From Balanoglossus misakiensis (Eukaryota; Animalia; Hemichordata), in assembly GCA_040954595.2 (NCBI GenBank), contig CM082577.2, positions 1,302,001 through 1,366,000 of the forward strand: a stretch of DNA of 64,000 bases, given 5' to 3'. Shown here in pieces: positions 14,373 through 27,915 of this stretch. A program made the translations under genes and the position numbers. The notes below the pieces were generated by a model, which saw only the letters and a list, made by a program, of their open reading frames with translations, had not been told where the DNA came from and did not search any database. The stretch's first letter is position 1. Each line of letters starts with the position of its first letter.

Positions 14373-17300
14373 ATGGGAGCTTGCTTGAGTCTTGACGAGG
14401 AAGAACGCCGAGCTCGGGCAAGAAGCGAAGAGATCGATCGCGAGCTGATGGGCATGGCGAGAGACGAGCAAAATATCATCAAAATACTGTTACTCGGTAT
14501 GGTATCATCTTTTTTATTTATTTAGCCTAGGCATTGTTTTATTTTGGTCACAAGATACACTGCCCAGTCAGCAGTGAAGCGCAATTTTCGAATGTTTGTA
14601 AAAACTTATCTTGTCTGTAGCAAGTTGCAGGTGCCACGGCCAGCCAGCTATTCATTATTGCATCGATTGATTCATTGGTCGGTCAGTCAGTTACACCCGT
14701 ACCTGCGCGGTTCCGCGGTTCTACACCTCGAGCTGTGGAGGAACTTGTTGGAAACTTATTTTTCCAAGTGGCGCATAAATGTCTCAAGTTCACAACCCTC
14801 TATAAAGATAACAATATTGTCAAAAACATTGATTTCACTCACTCGTTTCTATCTTGAATATCGCCATATTAGATTCATCGTTTATGATGGCCTTGTTCTG
14901 AGTGTTGTGAAATTGAGTTTATAATAGTGATAGCGTGCGTAGACATGACTTCAGTGCATTATTGCAACTACTTACTAGAAGCGTTACTAGCGTTGAATTA
15001 TTCCTGCAGCCAAATTAAAATTGTTGTCATCTCAACCACGGCTCAGTGCAGATGCGTAGCTCAACTTACAAATTCAAAGCCTTGTCAAATGAAAAGTCAT
15101 GTACTTAATTCTCCACTATCAAAATGAAATTTTATGGTGTTATCATGTTATGAGATTTTGTTAATAAATGCTTTCTTTGTAGGTGCCGGTGAGAGTGGAA
15201 AGAGCACCCTAGTGAAGCAAATGAAAATTATTCACCATGATGGATTTACTAAAGAGGAACTGATGAGTTTTAAGGTGAGATTTCCAGGTTTCATGCTGTT
15301 TACCAATCTCACCTAGATGAATCACTGATTGGGGTGGGAACAAGTTGCCTCCTTGTTTAACCCTTTCACTCCCAGTTACATCTTCAGAGGTCCAATCTTA
15401 CCATAGAAAACAATGGGTTTGGACTGAACCAATGGTGGTGAAAGGGTTAAAATACCAGGTTCACACCAGGTAAATCAACATGATGTGGTGTTGAAGCATT
15501 CTACATGTATTTGACACTTGGGAATTTTTTTAAATAGAATAAATTCAGGCATTGCAAAACTTCTTAAAACTGGCATGGGGGGAAGAAGCCTGATAACATT
15601 GTTCACAAAGGACATTCCAGTTACCATTGTTGCTCTGTGAGAATTATATAGCTGTCACTGACATGGAACAAAACAGTTATGCTTGGAAACATTCCTTCAG
15701 TGTCATTCATAAATACCTTTACACAACCCACCCACACCCACACACTTGTCACCTTCTTCACACCCATAGACCTATATACTGGCCCAATTTTTCCATTGAA
15801 TACAATAGTTTTGGACTGAACTATAGCAATGGAGGGGAAGACCTAGAATTTTATTTTAAAAGGGACATTGTCTTAACAATTGCGAAACAAGAATAGCAAG
15901 AAGGAAGGTGCTAATTGATTTGCATTACCACTTTGTACTGATCTGAGAAACAAACATCATTTGAACACAGTTTAATGACACGGAAATCATTTGTGAATGG
16001 GAAAGAGGGTGTCGACAGGGATGTATTCAATAAAGAAATCATTTCAATTCATTCTGTGCAAAGCAGTCTCTTCATATTCTGCCAGGGAATTTTAAACTAA
16101 AATTATTCAATCAGTATTTTCCTCATCATTGGTGAAGGAGTTTTACTTCACTTGAATTTATAAGTTGAAAGATTTTGCAGTTTTGCTGCATTCATACTAG
16201 ATTCAGGGATGTTTCAATGTGTTCCATTTCTGAGAGGAAATCTTAAAGCCCCAGTATTTCTCGTAGGGGCAAAATTTTGTTTGAAACGGCATCTATAATT
16301 TCTAAAAGTAGATGATAATTGATACTGAATCGAACAGTCATCATCCCCAGCTCTGCTGATAAACTCATACAATTTACAATATAACGAGTGAAGAATGACT
16401 TTCTGTCCGGACAGAAAGTCACGTGAGTCAGGCTAATGTTGACACACGTGACTAGTGCGCATGCGCACTCAAATGTGAATCTATGCGGAAGAGGTTTGGT
16501 CGCCCCAAATCAAGCGACTCAGCGAAGAAATGCGCACTAATTCGGCGAAATTTTGGGAAGATAACTTTATGGGAGAAATCAGTCGATGGAACCAGATCAA
16601 ATCCGAAAATGGTCTGACCATCAAAATGTCAAAGTGGCACGTTTGCTGATCGACATGTACAACATTTCCGTTGTAAACAAACCCGCGCATCATTTCAAGT
16701 GTTACGGGCGATATTTTCGGCTTGCATGTAGCTACAATTGCCCAAACCTTTCTTACATCTTCATTATATAGTATTCCATGATGGATGTACTGGAAAAACG
16801 GGCTTTTTTCGATGATGAAAAATGGATGCACACGAGAAATACTGGGGCTTTAATGAAATCACTCTAATTATTGACAGTAATTAGAACTCATTAAAAATGT
16901 AAGCACTTTGGAATTGTAAGAAAGTGAGTCAGAGACTTTTATTTTGAAAACAATCAATAAAACATTGTTGGAATCAATTCTCTGAATAGAACAACACTCA
17001 CCAATGAAAGAAACCCAACTTTAAATTTGAAATTTTTGGTCATACATTTGTATTAGCGTACAGATTCAGGAGGTCAGTTTGCGATACAACTCCAGACTGT
17101 TCGTGTGTTTCACTTGTCAACGTTGGATTTCAAAATCTCCCCCTGAAAGTTTCTGTTGTTGTTCAGTGCCAAGCATTGCGGTTGGTCGACTGGAATGTAT
17201 CAGTCCATTGAAAAGACACCAGGGTGAATTTTGATCAGTTAAAGGTATACGGTCACCTATACAAATTTAGCCACAGTTACCATGGTAAATCGAGATCTAA

Positions 17301-20300
17301 CCAATCACAGATTTTCTGTGGGTGGCACACGCGAAAATAAAGCGTTCTTTAGAACACTCAAATACGCCATTTCAACTATATATGGCGATATGTGAATTGG
17401 AGGTGACCGTATACCTTTAATATATGTACACAACATCAGTGGCATTTAGAATATCAGCGAGAAAGGGTGTAACAATACAACAGTGTGAATTTGTTTTCAT
17501 TCTGGTAAACCAGGCAAAAGCACTGTTATGTTGTATACTTAGCGTAATGGCAGATAATTGGCAACATGGTTCAGCTGACACAATGGTTAATTGCAGGTAG
17601 TGTCAACAGTGATGTGGTGGTCTCTGTCTAGGTTGACGTCACAGTACAGCTGTCAGTTCTTATAGATCTTGGTAGTGCAGTCTGAGGTTGGTGGTTGTCA
17701 AATGTAGTACCTGCTTTATGGAGGACACCAGTGCTTTGCTTTTTACGCTCAGACCACACAGTCATAAAGCTCTCCAGAATGTGTGATTTGGTCCAATAGC
17801 CCATAATTCAGAATTACTTGATTACATTTTCTTTTTGATTGGAAAAAATGAGTTTTTTGTAGGGCCTACCCCATAAAAAACATACAGAAAAGAAATGAAA
17901 ATGTTGAAAGGCTTTTTCATTTACCAACAGTCATGCATGTAGCAATTCATCATTGAATCTGATCATATTTGCTTTCCATCAGCAGTATTGATCTGTCTCT
18001 GTTTGTATAATGGATTTGATTGTCTTTTATTATAAGGTTGTATGTATAGCTTTCCAGACTTTCTATTTGCATTTAGTATTGCACATTCCATACTCGCACA
18101 CCAGTTGTATGATTTTGCATTCAGGATATTATTGAAATTTCTAGTTTTAACCCAGATCCAAAAGCTGTTTCCAAATCGAGGAATTCATCAATCATACTAT
18201 ACTCCCTATGTCAACACTGTCTTAATCAGCTGCAGCTTTTGCATAGGATTTACTATTCAAATTTATCAGAATTTCTGTTCAGCTCTCACAGTGAAATTAT
18301 TTGCAGAATTCCTGTCTGAGATACACATAATTCCATAACAATTAAATTTCCCATAATAAAATAATTGTATTATGAAACTTTTATTTGTTCCATGCATTTA
18401 TTATCATCCTCATTCAATTTATTCACATACGAATAAAATATAAATGACATTGTATTTGTCAAGGCCACTCAGTTGGTAAATGTCAGGGGTTCTGGTGTCT
18501 ACAATCACTTCCTTGATTTCTCCAGGGCATTCACAATTTTTTCTAAGAATTGCAGCTGTACATACTGTGTCATTCATTTCATTTAGAGGTGGTCACTGAC
18601 ACAGGTTTAACTGTACCTGCATTTCTTACTATGTTTGAGCAAATGTGGGATATAAATATACAAGACAAAAAAAAAACCCACAACAACACATAAAATGTCT
18701 AGGCTTTGCATCATGTCATGTATTATTTGCATATTTCAAAGACATTTCTCAGTCTGGTACAATGCATACTGGTACATGATTTTTCTTTTTACCAAAAGGC
18801 AAACATACTATGGTTTCTTTCTGTTTTGATTTTTTTAGCCTGCAGTGCTGGATAATCTTGTGAGCTCGATGAAGTTTGTCTTAACTGGTATGGGGTGGTT
18901 GAGAATCAATCTTGACATTCCTAAAAATAAGGTGAGTGTACGGGATAGTCCAGAAAAATCATCCTGTTTCAAGTTGCAAAGATGCGTATGTGTCAACTGT
19001 GCTACTTGTTGACACTTGCTAGCATTTAGCCATTAATCTTTAGATATATTTCTGTATAGGCAATACATTTTTTCAACATTCTTTAGAAATCAGCAAATTG
19101 ACTTTTTCTGCGCAGGTACATGCACATACAATACTGCAGTGTACAAAATGTTTTGATGAACATATGATGATGAGGTCTGCTGTCAGTATGGCTTTGAAGT
19201 CCCTCTGGAATGATGACGGAATAAAATTATGTGTTGCTCGGGGCTTTGAGTATGAACTCAATGATTCTGCTACATAGTAAGTATGCTGTCTTATTTTGTG
19301 TCTTAGAGATTATAAATAAGATTAATGTCAAACTGTTAGATTTAGGAACGACTCAAACAAGCTAACAAATGCAGAAAAAAGTGCATTATTTAATGTCAGT
19401 TGTCAGTTTCACCTGTTAGTGTTACATAACACCAATCAAAACCAATCCATCTTACAATATTTTAAAAAAGTCTTCTCGTAATTTTCTCACGAGATAGCAA
19501 GGAACGATTCAACATTGTGGTATTCGTACCCATGGTAAATTCCCATTTTGAAAAGGCTATACAGTTAATGTCTTGACAAAAGGTTTGTTAATATATTTGA
19601 GGGATGTACTACAAAATGTGGTAATTACAGATAAGTAGGTCAGTTAAATTCTCACAGTCTAAGTAACATTGCACCTGATTCTCTTGATTTATTGTTATGT
19701 CTTCTTGTTTTTATTGGTGAGAAGAATTATTGTCCCGAAGCTAATATATTTAAATTGTCAAATATATGTGACAGAGTGGTATGTATTGTCCAAGGTTTCT
19801 GTTGTCAATGGTGAACCAGTGAACCACGGCCTGACCTGGGCATAGTCCAGCATTTGTGTCTATTGAGTAGAATTTCCCACAAGCTTGTATTTAGATTACA
19901 GTAACTATATTGTATTGGTAAAACTGGTTTATTGCCGTGTGACAGAACACCGCTACCAGTATTTGTGTGTTCAGTGTGGAGTAAATCACAATGAAATAAA
20001 AACATATATTGGCTCGTGTGCCCTTGACCTTGGCAACAATAACTTGCTCATTTTGTGTCATTGGTTGTGTGCATTTCTTTTCAGGTAAGCAAATGCTTTT
20101 CTCGGTGTTTTCATGAGTTTGCTTTTTGTTATCTCGTACATCAACTTGTAAGAAATCATTCATGTCAGATAACTGCCTTATAATGTCAAAAATGATAATA
20201 ACAGAAGTCTGAACACATCTTGTGGCAGTGGTAACATTCCAGACATTCCTGTCATCCAACTGCAGTTAATAATGGACATGTTTCAAATGACCTTATGACC

Positions 20301-23217
20301 CCAACAGGTCACTGAGGTCAAAACTGATGTTCGGTGGGATAGCCCATGAAAATAAATTGTGCAAGTTTGTAAAATGAAAAAAATATCACCCGTGGGAGTT
20401 TCGTGTGAAAAATTCCTATCTATTGTAATTTTCTAATTTTTTTATTCATCTCATTCAGTATCTCAGGACATGCATTTGAAATATTCTCCTTCAGTTTTAA
20501 CTCATGATATTGCTGAAAAAATTAGCAGTTCACCTGTTCAAGAGACATTAAGGGACAGTGCATTGCGAGAGCTAGCCATTAATTGGAAGTTAAAATGAGA
20601 GCTGTCATTTCAACAAAGGAATTTCACGCAGGTTTGAAAATATCCTCCTGGTTTGATGAAATTGCTCTTGGCTACGTTCTGTTATCCCAGTGGTGTATGT
20701 GATTGATGAGCGATGGCAAACTTCAATTTGACATCTCAAGTGCTGCTCATATAATGCATTAAACATCAATGGCAATCGCTACTATGTAGAGTCAATAAGA
20801 TCCTGCCACCTCAACAAATTGTACAGCTGGTTTTGATTAAACAGCAGAAACTAGTGGTCTATGGCGGTGGTAGTTTCTATAGCTATCATATGTGGTTTGT
20901 GGTTGAGCCTTGTTATTAATGCCCTAATGGTTGGAATTCTCAAGTTTTTGACATTGCCATAGAAACCAAGTGTACAAAGAGTGCATGAAGATTTTTAATT
21001 AGAATGAAAGTCTACAGACAAAATCTGACCCATTGTAGAATGTTGCCTGGCTGTCGAACAGAGAACTCATCAATATAGAGTAGAGTTTATTTCATCTGTT
21101 AAATAATTCGAATTAGACCCTGATGAAAAAGGAGTGTGATATATGGCCAATAATGTTCACTTGATCAATGGTAGCTGTGGTAGATTTTATTGGTGTCAAT
21201 TATTTTGTAATTGATACAGACGGCCTACTAAATGGTAAGGTATTGTATTTGTGTGAGTAGGCTCTAATCAACTGATGGGTCTGTCTACTTGACAGCCTGC
21301 ATGCTTCAATAGGCCAAAGCAATGAGATTTTGTGTTTCACATCATTTACTATGTGGGTTTTGGAAGCATTTCTCAGAGAAACATGCACACAGCTTTTTCT
21401 CAGTTTGCAGCTGTGGTTCCGGAATGCTACCGTTGCAACAAGAGAAAGCACAGTATTGATGATGTGCCCACCACAAACATTCAGTTCTGGCTACCTTGAA
21501 ATTGAATAGCTTTTTTTACTTCATGCTAAGGGGTCAAATTACAGGATGTTGGATTGCATTTGGGTCAAAGGTCAATCATCCACTCTCACAAAATTGAAGT
21601 AGTTCATGCTGTACTTGTGATTGTTTTGTCTGCACACATTGCAATTAGCTATGCATGTCTCCTCCAACTTTTTAATATTTTCTTACATGTGTGTATTAAA
21701 ATGGCTTTGTAAATATCATAATGTTTACTTCTTTATTTCTATATAAATTTAATGTGGAAAGGTTTAATATACAGCCATTGCATTATGTACAGACATTGCA
21801 AAAATACATAAAACATGCATATTGAATAATCGTAGACTTATGTCCCGGCTGTGTTTACCATTTTACAGTCAGTCAGACAGAAATAGCCAACAAGCTATTC
21901 AAATATACCATGACATAGGTACTTCATGCTATATGATAAACCCCAATGTATTGATTCAGCATTAAATTAAATATCGTGTCTTTCAGTTATTTTGATAGTA
22001 TGGATAGAATCTGTTCCCCACAGTACATACCCAGTGCAACAGACGTACTTCGAGCCAGGGTCAGAACAACAGGAATTATTGAAACACATTTCAAGATTAA
22101 TGGAGTCATATTCAGGTAATATTGCATAAGTGTATGTCACTATACTCCATGATGAGTTCAGTTGATTTTGTATTACTTTATTCAATCAGTAACTACTTTT
22201 TATATCATCGTAATTGCAAGCCCTTATTTATTTTCTCTCTCTCTGACAGGTTGTATGATGTAGGAGGTCAGAGGTCAGAAAGGAGGAAGTGGATTCAGTG
22301 TTTTGATGATGTCAGAGCGTTACTTTTTGTGACTGCCCTCAGTGGTTACGACATGACATTATTTGAGGACCCAGATGTGGTAAGTGCAGTCTGTGCTATG
22401 AAGATAAGAAGACTTCAATAAGAGTCATTATGTGTCTAAGAATATTAAAATTTATATAAAATAGCTCCTGCCATCCACACCTGGATCTGATGATCTGTGT
22501 ACCCAGGGGTAGTTAAGACCTCAGCTGACTCACCTCTCTTTATTTCTCTTTTTCACAGAACCGTCTGCAGGAGAGTCTAAGACTTTTCAATTCTATTGTA
22601 AATAACAGATTTTTTTCACATACATGTATGATACTGTTTTTAAACAAAGTGGATCTGTTCCAAGACAAAATCCAGACGTCTGGTCGGCATCTCAGGTACT
22701 ATTTCCCGGAATACCAAGGTAATTAATCCTTTATTAATCTTTAACTAGTCTCTCAGTATCTATTGATGACACCTCTTTGAACAAGTTGTGCATTCATATG
22801 ATGAAATTCCATGTTTTATACCTGGTGTCCAACAATTTTGTTTCTAACTCTTTTTGATCAAATGCTTCTTGGCCTGGTGTAAAAATTTCCTCAAGCACCT
22901 GTCCCAAAACCCAAATCATTTTCTCTCTGCCTGTACATATCTGTGCATCACCTACATGTAGCTGCATGGTCTTCCATAGAAAGATTCTTTTTACAGTGTG
23001 TCTGTTTTGTTCTCCTCAACCCAAAGGTCCTGACTGCGATGTTGATGCTGCAGCGAGATTCATTCAGTACCAGTTCATGACACAGTGTCGCAATCCATCC
23101 AAAGTTATCTATCCCCACTTTACAACAGCGACAGACACTTCTAACGTCCAGGTTGTTTTCCAAGTGGTCATGGATACCATCATCCGTGAAAACTTACAAG
23201 CTGCCTCGCTACTCTAG
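14373..23217 (+). CDS. GNAV1: Heterotrimeric G-protein alpha subunit of the Gv class, 8 coding exons, ~359 aa
   Basis: Exons 14373-14496, 15183-15274, 18839-18931, 19116-19276, 21987-22115, 22250-22379, 22559-22718, 23027-23217 (1080 nt). G boxes: [29 protein letters not shown]. Gv-like segments recalled from fish Gv: [79 protein letters not shown]. Confidence 0.92.
15361..15446 (+). mobile_element. 86-bp piggyBac-like MITE, copy 1 (GNAV intron 2)
   Basis: TTAA-CCCTTTCAC ... GTGAAAGGG-TTAA. The internal sequence (gaggtccaa...ccatagaaaacaatgg.tttggactgaacca) is shared with the copies at 45152 and 51667. Confidence 0.85.
16247..16849. mobile_element. 603-bp non-autonomous DNA transposon, TTAA TSD, Kolobok-like termini (GNAV intron 2)
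   Basis: Perfect 18-bp TIRs AGCCCCAGTATTTCTCGT / ACGAGAAATACTGGGGCT, with TTAA on both sides (16243-16246, 16850-16853). CpG-richer than the flanks; no transposase ORF. Confidence 0.88.
17243..17416. mobile_element. 174-bp MITE, TTAA TSD, Kolobok-like termini (GNAV intron 2)
   Basis: Perfect 16-bp TIRs AGGTATACGGTCACCT / AGGTGACCGTATACCT flanked by TTAA (17239-17242, 17417-17420). Confidence 0.88.
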
Positions 23218-23669
23218 CAGTGAATGTAACAATCTTTTCAGATGGTCCAAGCACACAAGGAGCACACTTTGGTGTTATTGTCAATGTACTAGGGTACTAC
23301 CAGATGTAACTACCAGACACATACTGGAGTACTCCTTAGTGTATACTACTAAGAAAGTACTAGTATCTACTATCATGCCCTGGAAACTTTTCTACTACTT
23401 AGAGTGAAACCACAATGCTGCAGCTTGTAATTTAATATTTATTGATGAAACTGAACTCTGATGTCAGCAATTTTATGATGTTGATGTGTATTTGACACTG
23501 CCCTACTTGTAAAACAAAAAATCAAATATTTTGTAGTGATAATTTCTAAAATGATGAAACACATCCTCTTTATATTGTTTTTAATTTATGGAGAGTCATT
23601 TAGTAGTATTTCGCAACAGTCAGCATACACATTCCGATTGGACGTGGATGACATTTGTGCCAAGTGGAT

Positions 23670-23697
23670 GGGGGGGGGGGGGGGGGGGGGGGGGGGG
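23670..23697 (+). repeat. G28 homopolymer in the presumed GNAV 3' UTR
   Basis: 28 consecutive G. Shorter G runs occur at ~27620, ~36779 and 63735-63754. Confidence 0.9.
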
Positions 23698-26600
23698 TCA
23701 GGAGGAAGACAATAACTATTTTCACAGGAATTCTTGTCAGCAATAAACCATGGTTCAGTTGGGTGTAGAAATGATAATCAACTGAAATATAAAGGTTTCA
23801 GAAACCGGCTTTGTACAAATAAAATCATTACTGTATTGGAAACGTTGCTTGGTGGTTGAGATAGTAGCTGTGGGAAGAGATTTGTCTTTATTTCAAAATT
23901 AATTGCAGATTTAGAGGTGTTGATACTGTGTATCTACCTCTTTATTTCTCTAGAAACAACTTTAACTAGTTGTGTCATCAAAACTGTGAGTATTTGCATA
24001 TAGGTAGCACTGCCACCTGCTTGAATACTCCCAATGTACAACAAGCTGAAAACACTGCCTGTACATCAGAGCTCTTATTTTGGTGAAAATGAATTCTTAA
24101 GACAGTAGGCGTGGCAATCGGCAAATATTTGCTGGATATCATTTGCTTCACCCAGCTGTGTTCACATATTGTTACTTTGACTTCTAATTTATTTTGTAAA
24201 ACGATCATATGCCACCCAGCCTTCTGTCCGTGGGTTGTCTCCATACCAGACCACATGGGGGCGCTCTCCATACTTGCCACATGAAAGCCAGCAAATTTGT
24301 CTCACAAGAAAGTGTTTGTAAATATTGAAAATCAGACTGATGGCCAGTAATCTCATGATTTTATTAATTATTTATAATTTTTAAAGAAAATTCTGAGCAT
24401 GAGACAATCACATTGAAGGCATGCTAGCCAAATCAAACGAAAACAGATTTTGGTAATCACCAGAAAAAAGATTTTATAATTCTGTGATTGATTTTCAACT
24501 GATTGTTTGAAGTTTCGTTCTAAATTCACATTGATGTTTTATGGTACGTACTACCTGAGGTATTCTTGAGATAAATGAGTGAAATGACATCTCTAAGCAA
24601 GCAATATCATATGGACCCTCATGTATTACATAGAATATTTGGCATCACATAACATATCAGGACACTAGTCTTTCATGTACATTGCATTTCTGATTCACTC
24701 TGCAAAGTTCCACAGTCATGATTATTTGGACTTCACTTGAGTTGAATAGCGAGGAAGCACATTGTCATTTTGTATCACAAACTTTGTTGTAGAAAGCATG
24801 AGTCTTGTGAGGACACAGGCACCTCTTTCATTATTGTTATAAAGAATTTTGATATTTATTGGATGTGTGCTGTAGTGGTATATGCTTCTTTATAGCTTTC
24901 TTGTGGGATTTCTCGTCAGATTTGACAAGCACATTTGCAGATTTGACATGAATGTAGGTCGTAATACTTTTTGTGAGCTTGACTCGTGTAGATTAGAGCT
25001 TTGGTTTTCGTGTTTGTATATAATTGCATACACTTGTACATAAGTGCGTTTTTTGCTATTTGTAATAAGTTGATTGCTTTGTTTGATTTGTAAATCTACA
25101 GATGTTTATTGTAAAGTCAATCTTTGGACTTTTTTTGGATTTATTTTATCACATCAATTTTGAATAAAGAACTTATTGATATATGGTATTAAATAATTCG
25201 TGTGTGTTGACCCGTGTCATTTCCGAAGCACGAGTTCTGTTTGAGATCAAAGTTCATCTCCATAGCAATGTTGACACGTGGAGTATATTCTGTCAATCGA
25301 TTGTCAGGGGGTGTTGGCATTTTGATCAGTTGACAAATGACAAACTGAGACAGTTACAATCTTCAGTGGCTAAATTTTATTGAAACTTTCGACACATGAA
25401 AACATGACAAGTGGAAAATACTGAAGCAAGTGTGATATGATGCAGTCCTGCGAGTCACTGCATCCGAGAGAACATATCCCAGAGGACCAGTCCGGATAGC
25501 AGAATCCGGAGAATGGCTACTAAAGGTGCAGCCCAGGACTTCATCTTTGTTTGTCAATAACAATGGTCATTACACATACAGGTCATGCTGACAAGCACAA
25601 TACTGAGTATTTTAGCATGCTACGGAGAGAAGAAGAAAATGCAGATGATATACACTAAAAGTTACAGCTATTGACCCTAAACGTAAGTTTGGAACAGATA
25701 CCAGTCACTGATCGTTTATTGTTATAAATATTCACATAGAAAAAACTTCCTATACACAAGTTAAACCATTATGATCTGCCAAACCTTTACAGCTTAATAT
25801 AATAATCTGTCCCTAAATCTCTATTCTTTACTACTTCAACAAACTAATTCAGGACTAAACTTTGGATCAAAGGAGGACTGTTTTCTCCGGCTACAAAAAT
25901 ACTTTAAGAGGACTATTCTTTTTAGTCAAAACCAACATTCATTTTTTTATTCACAAAATGTGCCCACATGACTGACAATAAAACAGATGTTATTTACACC
26001 CTAATATATTTTCACCTAGGGGGAACCTGGAACTCTCAGAAATCATATGAATTCTTTTTAACATTTTTGATCAGCAGTCCAATGTAAGTAAACTGGACTG
26101 CTTGAACATAATGAACTTGGTTAAGTGTTCTATATCTGCAATCTTAGCAAGAGCGTAAAACACAAGTCTATAAATATGCTGACATGTTGCTTTTAAAAAA
26201 TACCCTAACAGAATGTATTCAAAACATTGCATAATTTGAAAACTGCACATAACAAAACAAATATCTGGAAACAATACTGTCTGCATAAAAAAATGGTGAT
26301 TTTGATTACCGGTAAGGTAGTATGCACCTCAAAAATCAGTCATAAACCTTTTCTCATATTTTGCTCAACACAACTTAGGATTATTTTGCACTCTCATATA
26401 CAACTCCTCACGTTCTTTAATATATGACAGCATTGACAGGTTTGAAGAATTATAAGTTTTATGAATATCTGTCCCAGAGGTGCGTACAACCTTAATGCAA
26501 AAAAAATCTACATCTAATGCTGCTATTAAATCTACATCATTACAATAGTGAAGACATTCATTTGACAATCAATGGGATAAACAATACTAACAGTCTTTTA

Positions 26601-27915
26601 TTGCTGGAAGACGAAAAAAGGACAAAAAGACTACAAATACTAAGACTATGGGAGACATTTGTATTTCTGAAGTAAACACTACGTAAAATGCTAATTATTG
26701 CCATCCTTTGAAAACAAAAGAATTACAGTACCAACATATACAGAAGTAGCTTACTGTGTTCCTTATTATTGTTCACTAATTAATATTTTAAGACTTTGGA
26801 ATTATCTCATAGATAAATAACTTACAGCAAACTCTTTATTTATCTTTTGGCCAAATATCCAGGCATATTCAGTATCTTACTGAATGACATTTTTATTCTC
26901 AATAACTTTTAAGTTTTCATTATTGGTTGATGGTACACAGGGACATTTGTAGTGACTAGCTGAAAAGGGCATTTCTGAGCTTGATAAGGGTTTTTGGTCA
27001 GTTGTCATTTTGTTTATGAAAGGAAACCTGTGTGAGGTAAATGAATATAAATGCTAAGCAGAAAAACATTTTGGTGAAAATCCACAAAATACAGTTCAAA
27101 CTTAGGAAAATGCTGCATGCTATCCTCACATGATACAAAGTAACTATCATCACATGATAAACACTTGTTTTATTAGTCAAAATAAAATTAGAGAGAAATT
27201 TGAAAGCTAAATTTCTAAAAAGGATTTATTTTCTCATTTCATGTTACACCTTCTGTAACATCTCACACGCTAATCTCAGCGGCAATTTAGTTATTTTTGT
27301 ATCGAGTCATAGTGTGGTTGTCAGGTTGATCCATTCACCATTACATTGATAGTGTATCTATTTACACATTAGCCACTTGTTGAAGGATGTGGCAAGGCTA
27401 AGACAGTGTTGGTATCATTGGTAACCACCGAGGTCAAATTGCATTGATGTTACAAGTTCAAGTGCAATCATCTTCAGGGACAAATCAAGAATCTACATCA
27501 CACCCTCTTTGGTCCAAATCTCACTTTTGTTCAATTAATTACTTGTAATTTATAACCTATGTTGAGGTCCCATGAATTACACTGTCAGTGAATTCTTCAG
27601 AACACAACACTTTTTTTTTGGGGGGGGGGGGTATATTTTCCAACAATGCTAAACCCTCTACAATTACTAATCACAATGAGCGACACCCCTTAAAATCCCA
27701 TCACAGGGAGGGCCTTTGGTAAAATCTGAATATTGGTGAAACTCATCATAGATGGGCAAACATGAGGACAATGGTGTAGAATTCTTGTTTTGTTAATACT
27801 CAATGATATATACCGCTGATTGAAAGCATTCTTTACAAAGTTACTTCAAGACTCTTGGCGGAATCTTGAAACAAAATCCCACTGCATACCCAGATGTTGT
27901 GTTGCAGGACTGCGC

